In this document: positions 1 through 11,188 of the stretch, piece after piece
Layout: each line of letters starts with the position of its first letter
Position numbering within the stretch: the stretch's first letter is position 1
Virus record (IMG/VR): IMGVR_UViG_3300009509_000001
Location: 130,577 to 194,576 of that record
Strand: one strand, 5' to 3'
From: a virus
Length of the DNA: 64,000 bases
Notes under the pieces: model-generated
The model's input: the letters and a program-made list of their open reading frames with translations, nothing else
The model's database searches: none
Told to the model about the DNA's origin: nothing
Position numbers and translations under genes: made by a program

Positions 1-201
1 GGAAGCCACAGCTGCAGCTCCCGGCCCTCGGACTTCTCCGGATCCATGTGGTCGACGCAGTCGCCGTGCCACATGCCGCCGAACACCACGAGGTCGTCGC
101 CGTACAGATCGGCCCACGCGCCTCCGTTCTTTCCGCAGAAGTTGCAGATGTCGTACACGCAGCGGGTGTGCTTGCGCTTTTTCCTGTCGATTCCAAGCAG
201 A

Positions 202-567
202 TCAAGGACTGACACTGGCTGGCTCCTTCCCGAATATCACGTCGCCGAACGTGGCGAAGTTTCCGCCAGCCGCTTTGTGCATACGCAGTTTCATGGCCAG
301 CTGCCAGCCCTTGTCCGTCAGCCGGACGACCGGGTTGATGCCGCTGCCGATGTTCTCAAGCAATGCTTCGTTCTCCATGTCTTCGATGCAGTCGAGATCC
401 GTGTGGTCCGGCTGGCTGACGCCGTGGCGCAGCCGTGTCGGGTATTTCGGATCGGTGCGAAGCCGGCAGGTTTCGAGCCGGCCCTTGTTGTCGGTGGCGC
501 AGCACTCGCAGTACAGGAACGTACTCCAGTGGTCCTTGCCCCACAGTCGCATTTCAATGTTGCTCAT
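202..567 (-). CDS. phage hypothetical protein
   Basis: 121-aa ORF in a tightly packed, overlapping minus-strand gene run; no family recognised. Confidence 0.6.
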   Translation of the reverse strand: MSNIEMRLWGKDHWSTFLYCECCATDNKGRLETCRLRTDPKYPTRLRHGVSQPDHTDLDCIEDMENEALLENIGSGINPVVRLTDKGWQLAMKLRMHKAAGGNFATFGDVIFGKEPASVSP

Positions 568-919
568 CGTCTAGTTCCTTCTGTTCACGTTGGTTGAGCA
601 CCCAGGCCGTGTAGCCCAGGTGCGTGTCATTGTTCGCGACCTCTGCCTTCCAGTCCTCCCGCGGGAAGTCCGACTCGGAGCCCCAGGGATCAATCCCCTG
701 GTGCGGGTCGGGTTCGTCCTCGAGGATGAAGATGGACTCCAGTAGATCGATTCGGGCCTGGTAGGTGTCTGGCTCGTCCGTCGTTCTGTACTTATCCTCT
801 TCCTTCTTGCACTCCTGGTAATCGTCGACGGCGTACTCGAACGCCCCCTGTATCGCGAGCACCAGGTCCTGGCCGGACACGTCGTCCGTAGTCTCGAAGT
901 ATACGGTATGGGTCTTCAT
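554..919 (-). CDS. phage hypothetical protein (acidic)
   Basis: 121-aa ORF with a GGAG Shine-Dalgarno; overlaps its neighbours. Confidence 0.6.
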   Translation of the reverse strand: MKTHTVYFETTDDVSGQDLVLAIQGAFEYAVDDYQECKKEEDKYRTTDEPDTYQARIDLLESIFILEDEPDPHQGIDPWGSESDFPREDWKAEVANNDTHLGYTAWVLNQREQKELDDEQH

Positions 920-1560
920 TCGGGGTTCTCCATGGTTTCACGGATCTCCGTGCTGATGATGGTGGCGCCGGGCGTCTGAGACCGCATGCCGTAATCCATG
1001 TCCCAGACGACCTCGTCGACCGGGACCTCGTCGCCGTCGTACTCGATCTCGACGCGAACCTTCAGGTACACGATCTTCGTCTTCTTGGCCGGGTCCGGCG
1101 CACGGTTGGTCACCTGCTTGCGAACCTGGTCGCCGATTTCCCAGCGGATGCCCTTGCCGACGATCTGCGCGTACGCCTTGCGGAGAGTCGCAATGTCGTC
1201 GTAACCGGTCTTGACGTTGGCGATGACGCGGGTCTCGACCCAGTTGCGTTCGGCCACGTCGCCGATGCAGGCTAGGCGTGCAACGCTGCTGGCGGCTATG
1301 TTCGTGTTGATGAACTTCTCTTCGATGACTTCCCACTCGTAGGCTTGCCGAAGCTTGATGCATTCGTAGACCCAGGAGTCGCGCCGTCCGATGCCGCGGG
1401 CGAAGCGCTTGATGGCGTTCTCGCCGTACTTGGCGTCCTCGCGGATCTGCTGGGCCGTCTCGCCGACGTCCCACATGACCCGCAGCAGGTTGTTGGTCAC
1501 CATCCGCAGGGCGATGCGGGTATGCTCGATGGCGTCGTCGAGCGTGTCGAATTTGATCAT
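916..1560 (-). CDS. putative helical DNA-binding protein (DUF1016 N-terminal-like), paralog of 17504-18280
   Basis: Start re-placed at MIKFDT (GAGGAG RBS). MWDVGETAQQI..YGENAI..FA.GI..SWVYEC..L..AY aligns by eye with the 17504-18280 product. Confidence 0.6.
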   Translation of the reverse strand: MIKFDTLDDAIEHTRIALRMVTNNLLRVMWDVGETAQQIREDAKYGENAIKRFARGIGRRDSWVYECIKLRQAYEWEVIEEKFINTNIAASSVARLACIGDVAERNWVETRVIANVKTGYDDIATLRKAYAQIVGKGIRWEIGDQVRKQVTNRAPDPAKKTKIVYLKVRVEIEYDGDEVPVDEVVWDMDYGMRSQTPGATIISTEIRETMENPE

Positions 1561-4500
1561 GGTTCGATCTCCTCTATTATGAATGCCGCAAGCGGCTGAT
1601 CGTCGTTGTCGGAGTCCTGCAGCTCGACCATGTTGTCGTTGACCTCCACGGCCTTGACGCAACTGGCCACCCGTATGAGCGGGCTGTCCAGATACTCCTT
1701 GTAGAGTCCCAGGAAATCCGTTTCGTTGTCAACCGGGAATTCCTGGTCCTCGCTCATTTTCATCTTGTCGTTCCAGACCCAAAGCCCCTGCTCGTCCTTG
1801 ACGGCGTCGATGTACCACAGGGTCGCGCGGTACTTGGGGACTACGGCCTTCATCTTCTCCTCGAGCAGCCGTTTGTAATGCAGCTCGTTCGCGGACTGAC
1901 GTCTGGCCTTCTCTTCGTCATGATTCATGGTGGTTCTCCAGAAAAGAGGCTACGCACGGCCCGTGGACTGACCGCGCGTAACCAGGGTGGTACTAACTCT
2001 CTATCGGCCGGTCCTTCGTCTCGCTGACGCACAAGGTTCCACACTCCTTGCATTTGTAAGCGGCCTCGTTGTTGATGCCGAGATCGTCGTCGTCGAGATT
2101 CTCAACGTGCTCGAACAGGTTGGCCTTGTGCCGAGCCAGATCGCCGTCCATCTCCTCGAGGTTCTCGCAGTCCGGGTTCGGGCAGGTGATCCACCGCTCG
2201 TACTTGGTCTCAAGCTCCTCGGTCTCCTCGATGACTTCGACGTCGGTGTAGGCGGACTGAACGTCGATAACCTTCCTGCTGGTGAAGTCGATGTCGCCGA
2301 CCATGCCGAGCGCCTTCTGATGGATAAGCTCCAGATCATTGGCTTCGACTTCGACGACGGCTTCGCGGACCTCGGTACGCTGGAACGTGACTTTTGCCTT
2401 AATCATCGCCGCGCACCTCACGGAGCGTCATCTCGATGTTGGCCGTGGACTTGATCTCCTGATCACGCGCCTCGTCCCTGGTCCGTCGTACGGCCTGGTG
2501 CTCGAACGCCATGCTGCGGACGACGTTCTCGTACTGTTCGCCGGTGATCCGGCGGTAGTCCAGCTCCGTGGTGAGTTCGCTCATGACGATGCGCTCGCCA
2601 TGCTCGACCACGTCGAACGGGTGGGTGTTTAGCTCCCAGACGTGGCACTCGGCCACGGGAGGTTCGACACTGGTGTCCAGCCGCTCGACGTTCACCACGC
2701 GGTCGCGCCGCGCGAAGTACATCGGGCCTGCCTTGGTCTTCTCCTCGAGCTCGTTGACGATGTCGTAGAGCTCGTCGCTGAGATCACTCAGCCGTTCATA
2801 GGTCGTCTTGGGATGCTTAGGCATCTTCGTAGTCCTCCTCGTAGTCGTCGTTTATCTGTATGCGGGCCTCGAGACAGATCTCTCCGTCGAGTGCCGCAAC
2901 GCACACGTCCTTCAGCGGGACGTCGTTCTTCTTGGCGATCTCCTTCACCCTGTCCACGAATGCGGGGAACGGTAGGAGGTTGTCGACCACATCGAGGGTC
3001 TCGTAGTCGTAGTCTTCAGGGTCTTTTTTACCCATCGTGGTTCTCCAGTTCTGGGACTTCGAATCCGGCTGCGAACAGGTCCTGGTCAATGACCGCCTGC
3101 AGCTTGTCGAATATCCGTTGATGTTCGTGAGGGTCAAAACGCTTGATCCTCGTGTAGTCGCCGTGCCCGGTCGGGCACAGCTCGTTGAGCGCGCGGTCCA
3201 CCAGGAACCTGACGGTCTGCGGCTCGTAGTTGCAGAAGCGGTCGAGCTCACCCGAGTCGAACGCCTCCACGACGACGCTGCAGGTGCTCCACAGCACTTC
3301 CTTGCGCAGGAAGTCCCACGCCTCCTGGGTCAGCGGGTCGTTGAGTTTGAATTTCACCGTTTCTTCCTTTTCGGGGTTTTGATGTCAGTGAAGTCTTCGA
3401 GACCTCCCAGACAGGTTATCGTCAGGCAGTGGTCCGGTGAGATGTCGAGACACTCCTTGACGTGGTTGTGCATGTCGTCGCCGTCGAAGTCGGTCAGATC
3501 GCCGCGGCTCTGGAAGAACTTGCGGTACACGTCGGGCGGATGCCCGTCGACGAAGTGCGTGTCGGTGTGGACTTCCACCATGAAGATCTTGACGTAGGGT
3601 TTGAACTTCTCGATCTTCTCGAACAGCAGGCAGTGCTCGCAGCTGACCCAGGTGTCGTCCTCCTTCAGCCCGTGTTCGCCGATGGCGTCGGTCCGAAGGA
3701 TGTGGGGTCCGTCGGAGCCGCAGCGGGGGCAGACGAAGTCAGGCATTGGCAGCCTGCTTCTTTGCCAGCAGTTCGTCGCGGCGCTGTTCGCAGAGCTTGA
3801 TCAGCTCGTCGTGTTTGTTGTTGCCCTTGACGCCGAAGCGCTTCTTGGCCTGGGAGTAGGCGGATTGGCCTCTTCCCTTGAGCCCGACCTTCTCCATTTT
3901 GAGCCGGGATTTCAGCTGGCAGACCGTGAAGTACTCGGCCTGGTCGGGATCGGTCATGTCGATACAGATGGCTTCTTCGCTCATCGGTTCTTCTCCTTTG
4001 CGTTGACGACCTCCATGAGGTCGGTGTTCAGTTTGACGGCGGTCCCGAGCGCCTCGCGGATCTTCGCGGCGGCGGCCTGGGCGTCGTATTCCTTGTTGCG
4101 CGCGGCGCCGAGATCCTCGGCCCACACGGCTTCGAGTTCCTGGAACAGCGTGTCGACGTCCCTGTCGGCGTGTTCCTCGAATTCCTCCTCCACGGCGCCG
4201 CAGTACGATTCCAGCACCGCCTGGTGATGGGCGTCGATGACGACGAAGACCTGGTCGAGCCGTTCGCAGACGGTCTTGGTGACCCGGCGTGCGCCGATGA
4301 TGGCGTCGTGCCGGATTCCGAGAACCTTCTCGATGGCGTTGAGCTTCTGGGGGATGAACGCATGCTGGTCGTGGATTATGACGAGGTGCTGCAGCTGGTC
4401 GCGGATGGCCTGTTCGCGCTCCGCCGGCGGGAGCCTGGTGTCCTCCACGAGACTAAGGATATTCTTCGCGTGTTGGTAGCGCCCGGCCTTCAGCTTCATC

Positions 4501-5373
4501 AGATCGTAATGCTGCTTTCTGACGGTCACCGTTTCTTTGGGGTTTGGTTTTTTCGGCATGTGCCTGTTCTCCAGTTTGGCCCGGATTTCGACGCACAGGC
4601 CCGATTCCCGGGCCGTACAACGCGATTCCGGGGATTTGCGGGTTTGTGTATGGGTGGGGGATTTCGGCGCTTAAAACGCCTTAAAACGAGTTTCGGAGTT
4701 CCGGGCGCCTTTCGGCCGCCTCGTCGTACTTGCGTAGCACGTATTCCGACGCGTCGTTCATCATGGCGGTCATCTTCTTGGTGCCGTTGCTGCGGCCGAT
4801 GTCCGCCAGGAAGCTGCGTTTGCACGCCAGGACCGGAACGCGGATGGACTCGTGGTATCCGGGCTCCAGCTGCGAAAGCATGCCCTGCACGTAGAGCAGG
4901 ATCATGGTGATCCGCACGTGCCGGGCCTTTGTAGGTATCTTCTCATCCAGTCTCTTCTCGAACTGCGCCCACTGCCAGCTCACGTTGTCTATGAAGCGGC
5001 TGCGCTTGTACGGGTCCTGCACGAACCCGACGTCCCTGACGATCTCCATCATGGGCGCCAGCAGGCCGAGGCCGTTGACGTGGCGCATGTAGTCGTTGAC
5101 CACGAACTTCGGGTGGAACGGGTCCCACCGGACGTCAAGGCGTTCCCACATCATGGTCTGCAGGCGGATGGCGAAGTCCACGACACCATAGCGGTACCGC
5201 TTGACCATGTCCTCCCCGCTCCTGACGTTGATGCGGTTGGCCGCGTCCTTTGCGGCAAGCTTCTGACCGGTGTAGGCCAGGGTGAACAGCTCATCAGAGC
5301 GCATGTTCAGAAGATCAGCGGGGGTAATCCCGGGTTTTTGCATAGTCCGATTATCCTGTACGTAGGCAGACAT
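1557..5373 (-). other. run of nine small hypothetical genes (1557-1928, 1993-2406 with CxxxC/CxxC Zn-ribbon, 2399-2824, 2817-3035, 3028-3357, 3354-3746, 3739-3984, 3981-4559, 4681-5373)
   Basis: Co-directional ORFs that mostly overlap or abut, many preceded by GGAG; no families recognised. Confidence 0.6.
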
Positions 5374-5742
5374 ACGACCTGCCGTTAAACATCATCAAGG
5401 TTCATGCCCCGGCATATCCGGTACCGGAGCGGATCATCATGCTCATACAGTGCGATGTACCGCGGACGATGTCAAACAAGGCGTTTGAAAAACGACGAAG
5501 TTTGATGCGTCCGACGGGACTTATCACAGTCTCCTGCAATGGCAGGATCAGAGCGGCTGAAAGCTGCTCATCATGCCATTAAGGAGTATACTCTACGAAC
5601 GGAGTGAGTAGATAGGTAATAGCGAGCGAGCGCCCGCGACGCGCATTATGCGAGCGAGCACCTGCGCACGCGTAAGCGCGCTCGCGGCCTCACCATGAAA
5701 TTGAAAAACCGCGCCCCGGCGGACCGGAACGCGGCGAGTTTG

Positions 5743-6078
5743 TCACTTCCACGACGGTATCAACGGCAGCGCCAGGAGACATATCGGGTACGATAATATG
5801 AATCCAAGCGGGTTCTGCCACAGGAGCACGACGGCGATGACCCCGAAGACGAGATCGAATCCGTCGGCGTTCTGCATCGTGAGCTTCTTGCATCCGAACA
5901 TGAAAGTGTGCGCATACACGAAGGCGATGGTCAACAGACAGAGGATCGGTTGACCCCTGTAAAGTGCCGTGAAGTGGAAAAGACCGAGCATGACGACGGC
6001 GAACAATCGCAGTTCGTCTAACGCACGGCCCTTGTTTGAAGTAAGCATGAGACTGCCCTTTACATTGGACAGCAGCAA
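5743..6078 (-). CDS. small hydrophobic (membrane) protein
   Basis: Several hydrophobic segments; start uncertain. Confidence 0.35.
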   Translation of the reverse strand: MLLSNVKGSLMLTSNKGRALDELRLFAVVMLGLFHFTALYRGQPILCLLTIAFVYAHTFMFGCKKLTMQNADGFDLVFGVIAVVLLWQNPLGFILSYPICLLALPLIPSWK

Positions 6079-6453
6079 AGCTCTTACTGTTCTTCAGTTC
6101 GGGCTCTGTCCAGTACGCGGTCGTCCGGTCGGATGTCCAGGGGCGTCGGCAGCGGACGGGAATGGGACTTCAGCGTGTGAGTGCCGAACTCCTTCTTCTT
6201 GTTGTTCGCGGTCGACTCCGTGTGATCCAGCCGTTGGCGGCGAAGGAAATATCTGCTGTTCTGGGACATGTTTGCTCAGGCTTTTTACAGCTTCGGCCTT
6301 GTGGCCTCGGCTCATTACTCTTCTGTACGAAACGGGAGTGCCCGCATGCTCCTTCCGGGGCAGCGAGTCCTTAGCAATAAGATACACCCTGAGCGGGGTT
6401 CTCGCAAGCGGTCCGGCCGGATCGTACTGCATACCGGCACTCCCAATGCTTTT

Positions 6454-7224
6454 CTAGTCGGAGCGTCTGGACTTGGACGAGTAGCCACTTTTGATTCCCT
6501 GATTCTTCATGAGCTTCAGGGCCTCGGCGGCCTTTCCCCCCTTCGGCTGCACACCGTGCAGTAGCAGACAGAAACTGTGGTTGCCGGCCATCGCATGATC
6601 GTCGTCATGGTCAATGGGCCAACCGAGTTCCTCCGCTTCGTCGGGGTGATAGACGACGCGCGCTTCATGCAGCTCGTGCTTGTCTATCAGTACGTCGTAC
6701 ATACCGCCTCTCGACGGCGTCAGTCGCATGTTCTCCGGCAGATCATTACGGAACTGAACATAATACGACAGCGCTTTGGTGTACCCGTAGAAAAGAACGT
6801 CGGGGTACAGCGCTGCCACATCCATCCACGCCTGAAAGTACTCAGCGGAGAGATAATCCCCTCCCGTGGTATGGATTCGTACGTATCGGGCCTCCGCCGG
6901 AATGCTCCGGTCGATGAGGTTCCCGAGTGCTTCTCGGTCGTGGAGTCCGGTCTCCTTGATCAGGTCGAAGTTCGCCTGGCTGCGTTTCAGCAGGTTCGGG
7001 CTTCTGACTTCGCTGCTGGCGCCGAAGCACCTGAACTCAGTCTTTGGCCCGTCGACGATGTGCATTCGACCGTCAACTATGTCGACTCGGGATCTGCACT
7101 GTTTGGCCCACCGGCAGGCGTGACCCGCCGGCATGCTGAACGTGTACAGATGGTTCCACCGGCTCAGCTTTGAATTGCCGCGGCCGCTACCGAATAGCAG
7201 TTTTGCCGACATTTCAGACGGCAC
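6454..7224 (-). CDS. GP88-like phage protein
   Basis: RIHTTGGDYLSAEYFQAWMDVAALYPDVLFYGYTK resembles the GP88 family pattern (RIH.SGDFYS..Y...W..IA...P...FYAYTK); N-terminal Cys cluster. Confidence 0.6.
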   Translation of the reverse strand: MPSEMSAKLLFGSGRGNSKLSRWNHLYTFSMPAGHACRWAKQCRSRVDIVDGRMHIVDGPKTEFRCFGASSEVRSPNLLKRSQANFDLIKETGLHDREALGNLIDRSIPAEARYVRIHTTGGDYLSAEYFQAWMDVAALYPDVLFYGYTKALSYYVQFRNDLPENMRLTPSRGGMYDVLIDKHELHEARVVYHPDEAEELGWPIDHDDDHAMAGNHSFCLLLHGVQPKGGKAAEALKLMKNQGIKSGYSSKSRRSD

Positions 7225-7269
7225 TCCCTGGTGGGTTCATGTTTTCGGTGTCCTCCTGTTGTTTAGGGG

Positions 7270-8504
7270 TTATATGGTTGTCGGGATGTCCCAGCTCGCC
7301 ACCAGATCGTCGGGGCTGTCTGCGCCCAACTGCACCAGGTCAAGCTCTGATACCCACTCACTGACCGCGCAGTCTTCCTGCTGGTAGTCCAGTGCGTCTC
7401 GTAGGGTTTCGTAATCGAACGGTGGGCAGACGGTCAGGATCTGACCGCTCTCGAGCTCCAGTTCGATAACGACTCCGTGGATGTCGTCGTCCATACCCAT
7501 TAGGGATTGAACTTTTCGAAGTCGGCCATCGCCTTGACGGCGTCTTCGCTGTCCTTGAAATGCAGGTCGTCGACAATGCTCGTGACCTTGGTGAGGAGCG
7601 CGAGCTCCGCATCCGACATGCGTTTGGCGTTGGCGGCCTCGATGCTCTTTACGAGCGCGAAGTTCTTCTTCACCGGCGGCGTTTCGTTGAGAACGTTCAG
7701 CTCGAAGTGAGCGTAGTAGTTCTCGCCTTTGGATTCTTTTTCACACAGAGCCACGAACTTCGTGGGGTTCTCGCGAGCCCACTTGTACCCGATGGTCTTC
7801 GTGTCCTCCCTGGAATCTTCCGGGTCGGGAAGGTTGTTCTTGATGACTTCGAGCTTCGTCTTGCTCATTTCTTCGAGGCGTACCTGTACGCGTTTGATCT
7901 GTGACTGGGATACTTTCGCCATTGGCTTTTTCCTTTGTGTTTGATGGTTCAGTTGATGCAGACCGCGTTGGGCGTGGTGCCCGGCGGCAGCTTCGACAGG
8001 GCGGTGAAGCCGTCGGGTCCGAGGACGCCGACGGCCGGCGAGTATACGACCTCGCCGAACCCGTTACCTTCGTCGTCTTCGGCCTGAATGACCTGCAGGT
8101 TTGGGGCGGCCGGATGACTTGCCAGGGCCTCCTGCAGTTCCTTGAGGTACCGATGGGCGAGCTTTTTCGCCATAGTCTTCGTTCTCCTTTTTCTTCTTGG
8201 CCTCCTCGAGCTCCACGACTTCCTCCAGGTTCCGTATGAGCTTGTTCAGCCGGTTCGCGTAATGCTTGTCACCGCTGGTGACGAGCGGGTTCATGCTGAC
8301 GCCGTCGACGATTCGCTTGAGCGCATCGATCGCGTTGGCGATGGCGACCTTGTCGTCGCTCCGCAGATCGCGAAGTTCCTCGAGCCACTGGAGGAACCGC
8401 TCGGAGCCTTTTATGACTTCGGGCGGTTCCTTACCGGTGAGCTCCCGGAGCTCCGCCTGGATCGCTTCGATCGTTTCCGACAGAGTTTCGGGGAGTTTGT
8501 CCAT
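7270..8504 (-). other. four small hypothetical genes (7270-7500, 7500-7922, 7949-8173, 8064-8504)
   Basis: Abutting co-directional ORFs with RBS-like motifs. Confidence 0.55.
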
Positions 8505-9304
8505 TAGAAGAGCATTGCCTCCTGGGGACGGGCGGCCATGCAGTTCTCCATGATGAACTGGCTGGCCTTGCTCACGATGTCGATGTGGCGGGGCGCCTGA
8601 CATTTCTGAGCGACGTGGGTGAAATCCCCATACAGCTTGAACGCCGTGTTCTTGGGGAAGTCGTCGTACGAGAAGACCGGGTTCTTCCACTCGTCGTAGA
8701 TGTCGCGCATCCTGGCGGCCGGGATGATGCCGGCGGCATCGGCCTCCATGATGATGTACCGCGCCATGTCGTCGCTGCAGTCCGTGGCGCGCATGTCTTC
8801 GATGAACTTCACCTGGTTGGCGCAGTCCTCGATGAACGCCTTCATGGCGACTTCGGTAGCCCAGGTGCGGACGTCGAACAGCGCCGTGTGCTTGTGGCCC
8901 GCGAGTTCCTGGCCGCTCATGCAGCCATTGGTGCAGACCATGAGCTCGGTGCCGGCGTTGATCTTGGCCTTGGCGCTCATGTCGTTGGCGTGCCGCAGGA
9001 AGAGCTCGTACTGAGCGTCGACACCGCCGGGCATCGCCGGAAGCATGTCGCCCTTGACCTTGAACCCGCCGACGAGCAGGTGCTCGTTGCCGTTGAGCGC
9101 GAAGGATGCGTCGACGATCTCCAGACCGGTTTCGAGGATCGCGTCGTGGATCGTGCCGACGAATTCGGCGTGAGCGATCGGTTTCCACTGGTGGTTCTTC
9201 GCCGTGTCGTTCTTTACGACGTCCTCGCGGCTCGGAACGGTGATGCAGGCTTTGGTGTTCATGACCTGGTCGAAGGTCATCTTGTTTTCGCCCATAATAC
9301 GCAT
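8504..9304 (-). CDS. DUF932-family protein
   Basis: PIAHAEFV...LRHANDMS...AGTELMVCTNG matches the DUF932 pattern (..VCxNG). Confidence 0.65.
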   Translation of the reverse strand: MRIMGENKMTFDQVMNTKACITVPSREDVVKNDTAKNHQWKPIAHAEFVGTIHDAILETGLEIVDASFALNGNEHLLVGGFKVKGDMLPAMPGGVDAQYELFLRHANDMSAKAKINAGTELMVCTNGCMSGQELAGHKHTALFDVRTWATEVAMKAFIEDCANQVKFIEDMRATDCSDDMARYIIMEADAAGIIPAARMRDIYDEWKNPVFSYDDFPKNTAFKLYGDFTHVAQKCQAPRHIDIVSKASQFIMENCMAARPQEAMLF

Positions 9305-9344
9305 GATGGGTTACTCCTTTTGTTGTTGGATTTTGGTGACTGAC

Positions 9345-9373
9345 TTGAAAATTCGGCGGCACTGCCCTATAAT
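9345..9373 (+). promoter_or_regulatory. sigma70-like promoter
   Basis: TTGAAA-17 nt-TATAAT, followed by AGGAGG (9395-9400) and a TTG start at 9408. Confidence 0.7.
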
Positions 9374-9407
9374 TCTCTGTATGAGAATATAATAAGGAGG
9401 CGCCCCC

Positions 9408-9671
9408 TTGAATAAGAATGACCCCGAACTAGGGAGACGGGCCTGCCTACGCTGCAACGAATGGTTCGACAGTGAATGGCCAGGCAACCGCATCTGCAAG
9501 AAATGCAGCAAGAAGAACGCGAAGTTGTCCACCGGTCTTCCCGTGTTCGACATCGACAACAGCGGCTACCCCTTGCCGCCAGACCCCGCCGCCGAGGACT
9601 TGCCACGCTTCGAGGAGCGAGGAACGTCCAGCAGCATACAGAGCAAATCTTCCCACGCCGTCGAGTCATGA
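9408..9671 (+). CDS. small Zn-finger hypothetical protein
   Basis: CLRC...ICKKC motifs; promoter and RBS upstream. Confidence 0.55.
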   Translation: MNKNDPELGRRACLRCNEWFDSEWPGNRICKKCSKKNAKLSTGLPVFDIDNSGYPLPPDPAAEDLPRFEERGTSSSIQSKSSHAVES

Positions 9672-10033
9672 GCGCGGAGACGATCGTACAAGCGGTCCGC
9701 CACCTTCATCCAGTTGGTGCAGGCGGCCTGACCGTTTGCGGGGACTTTCAGTTTCACGGGCTTTCTGGGCTCGCGGAAGCGGAACTCGTAGCGCTTGCGC
9801 CGCACCGAGGTGCGGAGATCGCCCTTCTTGTCGGAAAAGACCTTCTTGTCGAAGCTGGGCTCGACCGTCAGTTGCATGAACATGGCGGCGTCGTCCTCCT
9901 TCGGTTTGACCTTCTCGAGCAGGAATGCGACCGGACCCGCGTCGGTCCGTTGGAACAAAACGTAGTGGACGGTGGGCACAACGGGCAGTTGTCCGTCCAG
10001 GTTCTCCAGTTGCGTTTTGAGGCTTTGGTGCAT
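9566..10033 (-). CDS. hypothetical protein
   Basis: 155-aa ORF with AGGAG RBS. Confidence 0.55.
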   Translation of the reverse strand: MHQSLKTQLENLDGQLPVVPTVHYVLFQRTDAGPVAFLLEKVKPKEDDAAMFMQLTVEPSFDKKVFSDKKGDLRTSVRRKRYEFRFREPRKPVKLKVPANGQAACTNWMKVADRLYDRLRAHDSTAWEDLLCMLLDVPRSSKRGKSSAAGSGGKG

Positions 10034-10078
10034 GGGGGTACTCCTTGATTTTATGCTGAGTTCAGCTAGGTTATTACT

Positions 10079-10519
10079 ATGAAGTGTTATACCATCAACA
10101 GGACCGGAAAGCTCCTAAAGACGATCGATACGAAGCAGTTGCGGCCGATACTGGAGTCATCGCTTCGTAAGAAGTCGTTGATAGCGTCGGCGCATCCGAA
10201 GTTCACGCCCTTCACGCCGTTCAGTCTGAATGAGCTGAAGGGCGAGCCGGACATGTTTTCGTATGGAACGATGGAGTTGACGAGCAGGGTCAATCCGTTC
10301 TCGCGGAACTTGCCGAAGACGGCTTTCCTGCTGATGTATGAACACGGTAAGTTTTACCCCGATCCGTCGAACGGGGACATGTCGACATCCATCTGGATGT
10401 CTACTACGCACACGGTGGTGATGGCGCTGCCCGGCAAACTCGCATTGCGGGAAATGGCGAACGACACCATCTTTGGTGTGGACAAGAACGGGAAGTTGAC
10501 GAAGTATCTCGTCAATTAG
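10079..10519 (+). CDS. hypothetical protein
   Basis: 146-aa ORF convergent with ruvC. Confidence 0.5.
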   Translation: MKCYTINRTGKLLKTIDTKQLRPILESSLRKKSLIASAHPKFTPFTPFSLNELKGEPDMFSYGTMELTSRVNPFSRNLPKTAFLLMYEHGKFYPDPSNGDMSTSIWMSTTHTVVMALPGKLALREMANDTIFGVDKNGKLTKYLVN

Positions 10520-11124
10520 AAGAGGAAGGGTTCCGTCTGTACCTGGCCGTTGGCCTGAGCCAGCAGCCGAACGAGCGTTCCGTGCTGTGCCGCCAGGTAG
10601 GCGGCGATCGCGTCGGCCGCATGTTCGAACCAACCTTCGTAGCCGGACAGGGACTTTACACTCTTGGACCTGGGCACCATAGTCAGGAGTTCCGGGAATT
10701 TCTTCAGACAGGTATGCTGCATTTCGATCTTCGAAGCCTTTCGGTCTCCGCACATCGCCAGCTTGCCTTCATCCTCGGTCGTCCATTCCGCCGGCAGCTG
10801 CAGGCCGTCGACCGCAAGGGCCACGATCGCAGTTCCGAGCGCCATTCCAACGAGCGAATTCGCACCCTGTCCACCGCCACCCGGTATCTCCGCCACTACA
10901 GCGGAAACGTCGTTGTCGGCGATAACCTGATAGAGCTCCCTGGACACCTTCTGGATGCGGTCGATCTTGTCGTCCGACGCGCGAAGGTGCTTTTTCCTCT
11001 TCTTTGTAGTGGCCTTGTTCTGGATCGTTCCGATGGACACGAAGACCTGTCCGTCGGTGTATGGCTCGATCACAGCCCAGCCAATGTTTGCGAAGGCGAC
11101 GTCAAGCGCCAGCAATTTCTTCAT
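10516..11124 (-). CDS. ruvC: RuvC-like Holliday junction resolvase
   Basis: LLALDVAFANIGWAVI (catalytic D), VVAEIP (E), K..MCGDRKASK and EHAADAIAAY (D) motifs; AGGAGG RBS. Confidence 0.85.
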   Translation of the reverse strand: MKKLLALDVAFANIGWAVIEPYTDGQVFVSIGTIQNKATTKKRKKHLRASDDKIDRIQKVSRELYQVIADNDVSAVVAEIPGGGGQGANSLVGMALGTAIVALAVDGLQLPAEWTTEDEGKLAMCGDRKASKIEMQHTCLKKFPELLTMVPRSKSVKSLSGYEGWFEHAADAIAAYLAAQHGTLVRLLAQANGQVQTEPFLF

Positions 11125-11144
11125 GAGTCCTCCTGGTTATGCGA

Positions 11145-11173
11145 ACCATACACCGGGTCCGCGGGTTTGTAAA
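11145..11173 (-). promoter_or_regulatory. sigma70-like promoter for ruvC
   Basis: TTTACA-17 nt-TATGGT on the minus strand, between the array and the ruvC RBS. Confidence 0.5.
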
Positions 11174-11188
11174 GCAATGTGGGGAAAT

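Noticed and set aside
10516-11124. RuvC as a TnpB/IscB/Cas12-like RNA-guided nuclease using the array
   Set aside because: Only 202 aa, with a contiguous resolvase-type RuvC, no recognisable REC/WED/bridge-helix/Zn-finger regions, and its own promoter
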